From contig CANJUR010000008.1 of NCBI GenBank assembly GCA_947477565.1, positions 83,730-147,729 on the forward strand: a DNA stretch of 64,000 bases. Direction: 5' to 3'. A model generated the notes under the pieces. The model searched no databases. It was not told the DNA's origin and saw only the letters and a list, made by a program, of their open reading frames with translations. Source of the stretch: Deltaproteobacteria bacterium. Lineage in GTDB: Bacteria > Myxococcota_A > Polyangia > Polyangiales > Ga0077539. Shown here piece by piece: positions 40,153 through 48,445 of this stretch (positions are counted from its first letter, which is position 1; the number at the start of each line of letters is the position of its first letter). The position numbers and the translations under genes are program-made.

Positions 40153-41883
40153 TCAGTGAATCGGACCCGCCGAAGGACGCGGCGGCAGGCGCGCGTCGTG
40201 GAGCAGGTCATCCGCAGACTCAAGGCGCGCCGGGGCGTCGTTGGCCTCGCGCGAGGCGTGCCAGCTGCGGCCCTGATCGTCGCTCCAGCGCACCACGGTG
40301 GCGTCGCCGGACATGAACAAAAGCAGTCGATTGCCCTGCGAGAACATCCACGCAGCACGCACCGCCATCCCGCCGTGACGGACGTCGTCGGACAGCACCG
40401 CAAGCTCGTCGCGGGCGTCGTTGTCCCCCGCGGCGATGGGGCGACGCAGCACCCGGGGCGCCTCGTACTCGCCGACTGCGCGCACCATCACCAGCGCGTC
40501 GCCCGAGCGGGCCAATGCGCGCAACCCGGGCACTCGGACAGACGCCGTGCAGCCGCCGGAGAGGGCGCACGACTGGAAGGTTGCGTCGCCAACGACAGTC
40601 ACGCCGACGCTGTCGCACGCGAGGCGCAGCGGACGACCGGAGGGTTCGGCGAGGCCAAGCTCACGCGGCCCCTGCGAATCGATTGCCAACACGCGCGTGG
40701 CCCCAGAATCCGCGACGGCGACGTAGGCCAGCGCGCCCGCGTGGCACGTCGAAAGCAGCGCGGCAGCAGAGCGCAAAGAGGTGGGCGAACGCCACGCCGT
40801 CTGAACGCCCAGCGCGCGAAAATCGAGGGCCAGCCCGCCCGGTGTTGCCGTGCTCGTCACCCACCAGACCAGCGACGGATCGCCCGCGGCGACCAGAGCA
40901 GACTCCCGCTCAAGCGCGACCTCCGGGCCGAGCAGCGCCACGGCACCGGGAGCGCCGCGGGCGACCTGCTCAAACTGAGCGCGGCCCCCGCGGGTAGTGA
41001 TGGCGAATACGACGTCGTTGTGAACACGCAGCGGAAGGCTCTGCAATGGAATGCCGCGCAGCCCGAAGAGCGGCGACAAGGGATCATCGGCGGAGGCGAT
41101 GGCGTACGAACCCGCGCCCTGAGCGACGAGCACCACGGCCTCCGCGCGGTCGCTCGGGAGCAGAGCCAGTACACCGCCGGACGGGCCCGGCGTCGGAGAA
41201 CGCCGACAACGGATCGTTCCGCCGCCGTCGCGACTCCGGCAAAAAATCCGCTCGCGGCTCTGATCGACCCATATCATCGAGAGCACGCCATCACCCGCGC
41301 TGACACCCGCCAACGTTGCGGTCTCGGAGAGCGAAACGGGGAGTTCTTCCGCGGCCTCCACCGCGCGTGGACGGGGCGCGTCCGCCATCGAGGCTGCGCG
41401 AAGCGAAACGCCGGTACCGCTGAGGCGTTGGACGACATCGGCGCGCAGGGCGAGCCACTGCGGACGCCACGCCCCGAGGTCGGCCGCGACACCGTCCCAG
41501 CGCAGTGTCGTCACCAGCGCATTGTCGGCGCGCAGTCCCGCGCGGAGCCGCGCGACGGCCCCGACCGACGCGCCCCGTCCATTGGCGGCAAGGAGATCAA
41601 GGCAGCGCGAAGGCCAAGCGCGGGCAGAGTCTGGCCCGAGCGCCACTCGGCGGAGGTGGCGAGGCAGTTCGGCGACGTTCGCGGGGACCGCGTCGGTACC
41701 AAAGAGGCAACCCTCCACGCGAGCCATCGGATCGACCCAGGCGAGCGCCTCGCGCCGCACCTCCTGCTGTCGCGACGCCCGCCGCTGCCAGCCAAACAGC
41801 GCCGCCCCTACGCTTACCAGGACCGTAAGCGTGACCCCCGCCACTACCGCCGTTTGCCCCCCCGCGCCTCGTCGCCGTCTCAC
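40153..41883 (-). CDS. Hypothetical membrane-anchored protein (BNR/beta-propeller-like segments)
   Basis: N-terminal TM anchor; SRDGG.T and SDDQGRSW Asp-box-like motifs. Confidence 0.55.
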   Translation of the reverse strand: MRRRRGAGGQTAVVAGVTLTVLVSVGAALFGWQRRASRQQEVRREALAWVDPMARVEGCLFGTDAVPANVAELPRHLRRVALGPDSARAWPSRCLDLLAANGRGASVGAVARLRAGLRADNALVTTLRWDGVAADLGAWRPQWLALRADVVQRLSGTGVSLRAASMADAPRPRAVEAAEELPVSLSETATLAGVSAGDGVLSMIWVDQSRERIFCRSRDGGGTIRCRRSPTPGPSGGVLALLPSDRAEAVVLVAQGAGSYAIASADDPLSPLFGLRGIPLQSLPLRVHNDVVFAITTRGGRAQFEQVARGAPGAVALLGPEVALERESALVAAGDPSLVWWVTSTATPGGLALDFRALGVQTAWRSPTSLRSAAALLSTCHAGALAYVAVADSGATRVLAIDSQGPRELGLAEPSGRPLRLACDSVGVTVVGDATFQSCALSGGCTASVRVPGLRALARSGDALVMVRAVGEYEAPRVLRRPIAAGDNDARDELAVLSDDVRHGGMAVRAAWMFSQGNRLLLFMSGDATVVRWSDDQGRSWHASREANDAPARLESADDLLHDARLPPRPSAGPIH

Positions 41884-42127
41884 GTCTCGTGTGCCTCTCG
41901 TACTGCCGTGCGCGGTGTCGAACCGACCTTACACCATGAGCTCCGACGCCCACCAAGAGCCTTCCGCCGACGACCTCTCGTGAGAACCAACGCACCGCAT
42001 CCGCGCGCCGCTCCTCCCGCTACGTGAGGTCACCGCGGCTTCTGCGCGGCATGCACACGGCCGATGCGCATCCTTGGGAGGGAGAGCGTCCGCGGCATAT
42101 TCAGCGTGATAGCGTCGGGCGCCATCG

Positions 42128-44296
42128 TTGAAAACCCTCGCGCGGAACGTCCTCCGTACCTCTCTCGATGCGCTGCGCAGGGTGCCCTGGCCGGTACTGG
42201 TCACGGTCGCGCTGGTTGTGGAAGTTGGCCTGCTCTTCCCGGGCTTGCTGGCCGGGACGGCGCTGATGTCCAGTCAGGAAGGCTGGGCGGTGAGCGACCT
42301 GCTGGACGTCGCGATTCCAATGCAGGCCCATGTCGCCCAAAGCCTTCGCGCAGGTGCGTTTCCAGCGTGGTTCGGAGGCGCCTACCTCGGCATGCGGCTC
42401 TCGGCCGTTCCTGAGGCGGTGCCGTGGTACCTCCCCTCTACTGTTCTTTTTTTGCTGTTTTCGCCGGGCCGGGCGGCCGCTTTCTCGATCGCCTCGCACC
42501 TGGTGCTGTGCGGCGCCGGGGGTGCCGCGCTCTCGCGTCGACTGGGGGCGAGCCGCGAGGGGGCACTCTTCGCAGCACTCGCGCTGGGCGGGGGTCTCTG
42601 GCTGCCCGCACACGCGCGGCAGTACAACCTGCTGCTCACGGCCGCCTGGTTCCCCTGGGTCTGGTGGGCGCTTGCGGACTTCATCTCCAGACCGGCCACC
42701 CGCTCTGCCACGGTGCTCGGGTTGATCACCGGGATGTCGCTGCTCGCCGGTCATGTCCAGATCACCCACCATGGCGCAGTGGTGCTCTGCGCGTGGACCC
42801 TCGCCACGCTCACTGCGGACCGCTCGCTAAGGTCGCCGACGCACCTTTTCCGCGTGGCAATCGGCGGCTTCGCCGCGGGAGTCGGGGCGCTCGCGCTGGG
42901 CGCACCGCATCTGATTCCAGTGGCCGAGATCGCCCTGCAGGGCGTGCGAGGTAACACCTTCGCGGACGGCCTCTCTCGATTTCCTGCGCACCTCGACGAC
43001 ATGCTCTCGCTCCTGGGCCGCGGCTCAATCGCAGGGAACCCGACCCGACTTTGGCTCGATCGACCCATGTGGTGGGAGCACCTCACGTACATCGGCCTCG
43101 TGCCGCTCGGACTCGCAGCGCTGGGGCTGTGCCTCCGCTCTCCCTCACCGGCGCGAAGAATCGCTCTGGCGGCGGCGCTTTCGGTGGCGCTCACCCTCGC
43201 GCTCAGCACGGCATCGCCGACCGCAACCCGGTGGTTGGTGCACCTCCCGGGCATGGCGCTCTTTCGCTTTCAAGGCCGCTTTCTCTGGGCTGCAACGGTG
43301 GCTCTCGCCGTGCTCGCAGCGCTCGGATTCGACGCCCTGCGCGCGCTCCCACCGGTGGCTGCGCGACCACGCCTCGCAGCGTGGGCCATGCCCCTCGGCC
43401 TGCTTCTCACCGTAATTGACCTCTCGGGAACCGTAGTTCCGCTCTGCCCGACAGCCTCCGCTGCGATGCTCACCGCAGAGCCTCGCAGCAGTCGCGCGAT
43501 GAGAGCATCGCGTCCCGATGCGCAGCGCGGGTTGGTGCTTCAGATGGTCTCGGACCACGACCGCAACCTCCTGGGACTCGTCGCCGGATGGGGACGACAT
43601 CCGGAGATTCTTGCTCGGGCGCGCGAGTTTCTACCGCCTCAGTACGCCAGTCTTTTTGGCTGGAGCACTGTCCGCGGATACGTAGGAATCACCACTGCCG
43701 CGACGCAGGCGGCCATCGGCGATCAGCACGCAGGCGGCGTGGTCGAGATCGGTCTCCGGGACTACCTCGCAGCACCCACGCCGCACGGACTCGACGCGCT
43801 CCTACGATCGGCCGGCCTCCTCGGCGCGCGTTGGGTGCTCTCCTCGACTCCTCTTGAGCATCCGCACCTTCGGCTCGTCCACCAGGATGCCGGACCCATC
43901 GTTTCGGTCTACGGTTATCGGCTCGATCCGTGGGTATCCGCGGCGCATTTCGTCGATGTCGATGGCTCGCCCCTCACCGACGCCTCTCCAGTGAGAACCA
44001 CCTCGTCGAGCCCGGAGACGATCGATCTCGTGGCCGAGTCCCGTGACGCCTCTGCGATCGCGCTCCCCATCGCCTGGAACGCCTGCTGGCGTTACTCCCT
44101 CGACGGCTCTCCGCCGCAACGCTTTCCCCGCCCAACAGGGCTTCGCATGGCGCTTCCGTGGCCCGTGGGCCATCACCGCGCACACGTCACCTTCGACCAT
44201 CATACCGACCTCGCGCTCGCCCTTACGTCGCTGTTTACCTTACTGGGCGGCCTCGCGGTGCTATCGAGGCTTCCCTCGAAACGTCGGCTCGGATAG
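42128..44296 (+). CDS. YfhO-like GT-C membrane glycosyltransferase
   Basis: SDL...P....AQSLR.G.FP.W...Y.G, AWFPW, LAGH.Q, YIGLVPL, FRF.GRF motifs. Confidence 0.75.
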   Translation: MKTLARNVLRTSLDALRRVPWPVLVTVALVVEVGLLFPGLLAGTALMSSQEGWAVSDLLDVAIPMQAHVAQSLRAGAFPAWFGGAYLGMRLSAVPEAVPWYLPSTVLFLLFSPGRAAAFSIASHLVLCGAGGAALSRRLGASREGALFAALALGGGLWLPAHARQYNLLLTAAWFPWVWWALADFISRPATRSATVLGLITGMSLLAGHVQITHHGAVVLCAWTLATLTADRSLRSPTHLFRVAIGGFAAGVGALALGAPHLIPVAEIALQGVRGNTFADGLSRFPAHLDDMLSLLGRGSIAGNPTRLWLDRPMWWEHLTYIGLVPLGLAALGLCLRSPSPARRIALAAALSVALTLALSTASPTATRWLVHLPGMALFRFQGRFLWAATVALAVLAALGFDALRALPPVAARPRLAAWAMPLGLLLTVIDLSGTVVPLCPTASAAMLTAEPRSSRAMRASRPDAQRGLVLQMVSDHDRNLLGLVAGWGRHPEILARAREFLPPQYASLFGWSTVRGYVGITTAATQAAIGDQHAGGVVEIGLRDYLAAPTPHGLDALLRSAGLLGARWVLSSTPLEHPHLRLVHQDAGPIVSVYGYRLDPWVSAAHFVDVDGSPLTDASPVRTTSSSPETIDLVAESRDASAIALPIAWNACWRYSLDGSPPQRFPRPTGLRMALPWPVGHHRAHVTFDHHTDLALALTSLFTLLGGLAVLSRLPSKRRLG

Positions 44297-44310
44297 CATT
44301 CTCGCCCTCC

Positions 44311-45057
44311 TTGGACCTCCGTGAAGCCATCCCCGATGAGGCCCGTCGGCACCCATGGGAGGTCGCCCGCGCCCGTTTTTTCCACGACGTTTTGCATCGT
44401 GGGGGCCGGCTCCGGGGCCCCGTCAATGCGCTCGACATCGGCGCGGGAGACGGGTGGTTTGCGCGGCAACTTGCGCCCCGCCTCGCGCCATCCAGCACCA
44501 TCACCTGCTGCGACGCGAACTACACCGACACCTGGCTGACGACCCACCCGGACGAGGACCGATTGCGCTTCCGCCGCTCCCCAGCGGGCTCGCGTGGTGG
44601 AGTCGTCTTACTGCTCGATGTACTCGAACACGTCGAGGACGACGGAGGTCTGCTGAGATCCTCCGTCGAGGCAAACCTGCTTCCGGGCGGGGTCGTTTTG
44701 CTGAGTGTTCCGGCGTGGAGTCAGCTCTTCAGCGCACACGACCGATGGCTCGGACACCATCGACGCTACTCGCCCTCGGCGGCGCGTGCCCTCGTCGCAT
44801 CGTCGGGCCTGCGCATCGAGCGCGAGGGCGGGCTCTTCCATGGCCTCCTTCTTCCCAGGGCGCTCCAGAGCCTCGCCGAACACATCTTCCCGGGGAGCGA
44901 GGCTGCAGCGGCGGAGCGCGCGCTTTGGTCCCACGGTGAGATCGTGACTACGGCCGTAGAGGCGGCGCTGAGCATCGATAACGCCTTTTCGCGGATGGCA
45001 TCCAGCGTCGGGTGGACGCTCCCCGGGCTGAGCTGGTGGGCGCTGTGCACGGCGTAA
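44311..45057 (+). CDS. Class I SAM-dependent methyltransferase
   Basis: RHPWE.AR, LDIGAGDG, LLDVLEHVEDD, SVPA...LFS.HD...GH.RRY. Confidence 0.85.
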   Translation: MDLREAIPDEARRHPWEVARARFFHDVLHRGGRLRGPVNALDIGAGDGWFARQLAPRLAPSSTITCCDANYTDTWLTTHPDEDRLRFRRSPAGSRGGVVLLLDVLEHVEDDGGLLRSSVEANLLPGGVVLLSVPAWSQLFSAHDRWLGHHRRYSPSAARALVASSGLRIEREGGLFHGLLLPRALQSLAEHIFPGSEAAAAERALWSHGEIVTTAVEAALSIDNAFSRMASSVGWTLPGLSWWALCTA

Positions 45058-45803
45058 CCCTGGTGGTTCCGTGCTTCAACGAAGCAAGACGCTTCGTGCC
45101 CGAAGCCTGGCTCGAACTGATCGCGCGAGGCGTCTTCCTTGTGCTCGTGGACGATGGCTCGACGGACGACACCGCCGGGATTCTAGAGGCACTGCGTACC
45201 CGCTCGCCCGTGGCTGTGAGCGTGCTGCGGCTCACGACCAACCTCGGCAAGGGCGAAGCGATTCGCCTGGGGGCTCTCCGCGCGATGAGCGACGGAGCGG
45301 TCTATGTGGGCTTCGCGGACGCTGATGGAGCGACTCCGCCGTGCGAGCTGCTGCGACTGGCCGAACATCTGCGCAGCAGCGGCACCGATGTGGTCCTCGG
45401 AGCCCGGGTGGTCATGCTCGGGACGGACATTCGACGACGAGCGGTGCGGCACTTCGCGGGGCGTGTGTTCGCTACCGCGGCGTCTCTGGTGCTCGACGAG
45501 GCCGTGTACGACACGCAGTGCGGCGCAAAGTTTTTTCGGGTGATTCCGGCGCTACGAGTGGCGCTGGCGAGGCCTTTTTCGTCGCGTTGGGCCTTTGATG
45601 TAGAGCTACTGGGACGCCTGCGCGTTGGCGCGAGAGGAGTCCCCGGCCTGGGTCGCGCTTCCTTCGTCGAGGTGCCACTTCTCCGATGGACGGACGTTCC
45701 CGGTTCACACCTGCGCTTCGGCAGCATGCTGCGGGCTGCGGGCGACCTCGCCATCGTCGCGCTGAATCTACGCACAGACCCAAACTGGTCGCAGCGCCGA
45801 TAG
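45045..45803 (+). CDS. GT2 polyprenyl/dolichyl-phosphate glycosyltransferase (ALG5/DPM1-like)
   Basis: VVPCFNEA.R, VDDGSTD, N.GKGEA.R.G, FADAD.ATP, YDTQCGAK.F, W.FDVELL. Confidence 0.9.
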   Translation: MHGVTLVVPCFNEARRFVPEAWLELIARGVFLVLVDDGSTDDTAGILEALRTRSPVAVSVLRLTTNLGKGEAIRLGALRAMSDGAVYVGFADADGATPPCELLRLAEHLRSSGTDVVLGARVVMLGTDIRRRAVRHFAGRVFATAASLVLDEAVYDTQCGAKFFRVIPALRVALARPFSSRWAFDVELLGRLRVGARGVPGLGRASFVEVPLLRWTDVPGSHLRFGSMLRAAGDLAIVALNLRTDPNWSQRR

Positions 45804-45804
45804 T

Positions 45805-46617
45805 TCAGCCTGCCGGCAAACTCCCGGCGCGCCAGGCCAGTGCGCCGAAAAAAAACGCCAGCCCGATGGCCTGCGCAGCGAAGATCCACTCGTCTGCGCG
45901 CCATGGGACGCATAGCCAAAGCGCCGCCAGACCCCAGAGGGCGGCGAGCGCGGCGCTGCATCGTTGGCGCGTGCGAGGCCTTAGCGGCGTGCGTCGGACG
46001 GTCAGCGCGACCACGAGGCCGTAGGCCAGCGATGCCAGCAGCGTCCCCAGAACCTCGATGCGCATGATGCGGTTGAAGGTCCGCCGGGCGGCCGTCTCCC
46101 AGGTGGTGGGCCCACGGACCGAGGTAAGCATCGCGCGATACAGGGCGCGGGCGTCCCGGGCGCGATGCCCCGGCGCGATGAGCACGAGCAGCACCGCGTC
46201 GTCTTCGAGGGGAATCGCCGTGGCGAAGCGGGTGACGGAGCCATCCCCGACCAGGGGAGAGACTCCCACCAGGGTCTCCACAGGGAAGCCCAGTACGCGG
46301 TCGTGTTCGACGTGGTCGGAGAAGCGAAACGCGTCCGCCCGGCGAAACTCCGCGCGCTCGGCCGGGAGCAGCGGTCGTTGCGGCACGATGGCGTCGAGGT
46401 GGAGCACCTGAAGCACCATCGGCGGCTCATCGGGCAGGTCGCCCGGGCGTCGGAATACATCGAGCAGATCGCCGCGTACCCCATCGGGGTCGACGCGCTC
46501 GAAGCGGTCGGGAACGGCGATGCTGAACGAGGGCCGAGCATGGCGAACGACCATGGGATCAGCCGCCGCTCGAGCAGTGGCGAACAGCCCCAGGGCGAGG
46601 AGCGCAGCGCAGCGCAA
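45805..46617 (-). CDS. Hypothetical membrane protein
   Basis: Signal peptide, soluble domain, three C-terminal TM segments. Confidence 0.55.
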   Translation of the reverse strand: MRCAALLALGLFATARAAADPMVVRHARPSFSIAVPDRFERVDPDGVRGDLLDVFRRPGDLPDEPPMVLQVLHLDAIVPQRPLLPAERAEFRRADAFRFSDHVEHDRVLGFPVETLVGVSPLVGDGSVTRFATAIPLEDDAVLLVLIAPGHRARDARALYRAMLTSVRGPTTWETAARRTFNRIMRIEVLGTLLASLAYGLVVALTVRRTPLRPRTRQRCSAALAALWGLAALWLCVPWRADEWIFAAQAIGLAFFFGALAWRAGSLPAG

Positions 46618-46623
46618 TGGGGA

Positions 46624-47283
46624 TTACCGGGCAGGGTAACGGGTGAGGTCGAAACTGAATCCGTCCGGCGCGAGGGTGCCCTCGGGCTCGGGCAGATCGC
46701 CGAGGCGCTCGACCTCGACGACGGCTTCGTAGCGAATGCTGTTGGTCGGACCAAGGATGCGCAAGCGCACGCGCGGGGCGCTCGGCTCGACGACGAAGGA
46801 CTGCACCCTCCTGCCATCCGCCATGCCGCCAAGGAAGGTGGGAGTCCCGGCGTTGACGTTGCCGCGGACGACAGCCTCGACGGTCACCCGCTCGACCGGA
46901 CACGGCGGGCGATCGTCGTCGGGGTTGACCGTGCGACAGGTCGGTAGCAGCGCCCAGATGCGCCGTCCCTGACCGAGCGCCCCGACCCCGTACGCCGAGC
47001 TCGCGGCCGGAACCATGAACAGGTACACGCGCATCCGCCGGAGCATCCCGTCTACGGCGGACACGGGCACGGGGATCACCTCGCTGAGGTCGAGCGTGGG
47101 CCGCGGTTGCGCCAGAGCATCGGTAGTCGCCACGGTCGGCGGAACAACCGCCACGCTGCCCGGGCGGGCCGCCGCGACGGGAGGGGACGGGCGGCGCGAA
47201 GGGCGACCCTGCGCGAGAGCCGATGCCGGGAAGAGCGAGAACACCAACAGAAGAGGGAGCGAGAGCGAGGGGCGGGTGAACAT
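46624..47283 (-). CDS. Hypothetical secreted protein
   Basis: GGAGG RBS; signal peptide ending ALA. Confidence 0.6.
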   Translation of the reverse strand: MFTRPSLSLPLLLVFSLFPASALAQGRPSRRPSPPVAAARPGSVAVVPPTVATTDALAQPRPTLDLSEVIPVPVSAVDGMLRRMRVYLFMVPAASSAYGVGALGQGRRIWALLPTCRTVNPDDDRPPCPVERVTVEAVVRGNVNAGTPTFLGGMADGRRVQSFVVEPSAPRVRLRILGPTNSIRYEAVVEVERLGDLPEPEGTLAPDGFSFDLTRYPAR

Positions 47284-47380
47284 GGGAGTGAAACCTCCAG
47301 GAGCGCGAAGTTTGATGATGCTAGCGCACCGGTGAGGGGCGCGTTGCGTTCGTGCGGAGTCGGGTGCTAGGCGACGAGGG

Positions 47381-48445
47381 ATGAGCGGAGAAGATCAAGT
47401 CCGGCTGACGCAACTGGCACACGGCGCTGGGTGAGCGAGCAAGATCCGCCCTGCGGATCTCGCGCACGTGTTGCGCGGCCTCGCCCTGCCCGTCGATCCG
47501 AACGTCCTCATCGGCCTCAACCCGGCCGATGACGCAGCGGTGGTGCGCCTGCTTCCTGAGCTCGCGTTGGTGTTCACCACGGACTTCTTCACTCCGCTCG
47601 TGGACGACCCGCGCACCTTCGGCCGCATCGCCGCCGCCAACGCCCTCTCGGACGTCTACGCGATGGGAGGACGGCCCCTGGTCGCCCTGAACATCATGGC
47701 GTTTCCGACGAAGATGCTCGGGCTCGAGGTGATGGGCGCGGTGCTCGCGGGAGGCGCAGACATCGCGCGTGAGGCCGGCATCTCCATCGCAGGCGGGCAC
47801 TCCGTCGAGGACGCGGAGCCCAAGTACGGCCTCGCCGTGATCGGCACCGTTCACCCGGATCGCGTGTGGCGAAAAGGCGGCGCGCGCCCTGGCGATGCGC
47901 TGGTGCTCACCAAGGCGCTCGGGACCGGAGTGCTCGCGACCGCCCTCAAGCGGGGGAAGATTACCGAAGATGGTATTCCCATGCAGGCTGCGATCGCCTC
48001 CATGGTCACCCTCAATGCCGCCGCCGCACGGATGGTGATGGACCTCGGGGTGGAGGTTCATGCGGCGACGGACGTCACGGGTTATGGGCTGGTCGGGCAC
48101 CTCGGAGAGATGTTGCGAGCAAGCGAGGGCGTGTCTGCGCGGCTCTCCGCCGCGGCGCTACCGGTGCTCCCGGGCGCGCTCGAACTCGCGGCCGAGGGCG
48201 TGCTCGCGGGCGGCACCCGAGCCAACCGCAGCTACGCGCAGGACTGGTTTCGCGTGGTTGAAGGGGTCAACGAGGCCTGCTCCTGGATCGCATGCGATGC
48301 ACAGACCTCCGGCGGCCTCCTCGTGGCGTGCCCGCCGGCGCAGGCCGCGGTATTGGTCTCGGCGCTGCGGGCTACGGGTGCGCCGGCCGCGGTGATCGGC
48401 GAGGTGATCGAGCAGCCCGGGGCGATGATCACTCTCGACCGCTGA
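47381..48445 (+). CDS. selD: Selenide, water dikinase (selenophosphate synthetase), selenocysteine-containing
   Basis: GAGGG RBS then ATG 47381: MSGEDQVRLTQLAHGAG-U(TGA 47432-47434)-ASK; then DDAAV, TTDFFTP, ANALSDVYAMGG, GGHS, TDVTGYGL.GH, QTSGGLL. Confidence 0.93.
47431..47467 (+). promoter_or_regulatory. Putative bacterial SECIS element
   Basis: Perfect 8-bp hairpin AGATCCGC-CCT-GCGGATCT (47442-47460) starting 7 nt after the TGA; possible lower stem GTGAGCG/CGCGCAC. Confidence 0.6.

Noticed and set aside
40156-42027. Long alternative-frame ORFs (e.g. 40156-42027+, 33751-35334+, 56032-57375+, 8847-10286+, 2056-3336-)
   Set aside because: Arg/Ala/Gly-rich shadow ORFs typical of high-GC DNA that overlap better-supported genes
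41936-42110. Short ORF MSSDAHQEPSADDLS-TGA with possible Sec readthrough
   Set aside because: No homology, redox motif or clear hairpin supports recoding
47468-48445. ORF-track start for selD, or selD as a nonsense pseudogene
   Set aside because: The conserved N-terminus, RBS and ATG lie upstream in frame; the TGA falls exactly at the catalytic Cys/Sec site and is followed by a hairpin
44311-48445. Selenoneine (senABC) cluster
   Set aside because: No EgtB/SenA-like sulfoxide synthase is present, and the glycosyltransferase is an ALG5-like GT2, not SenB-like
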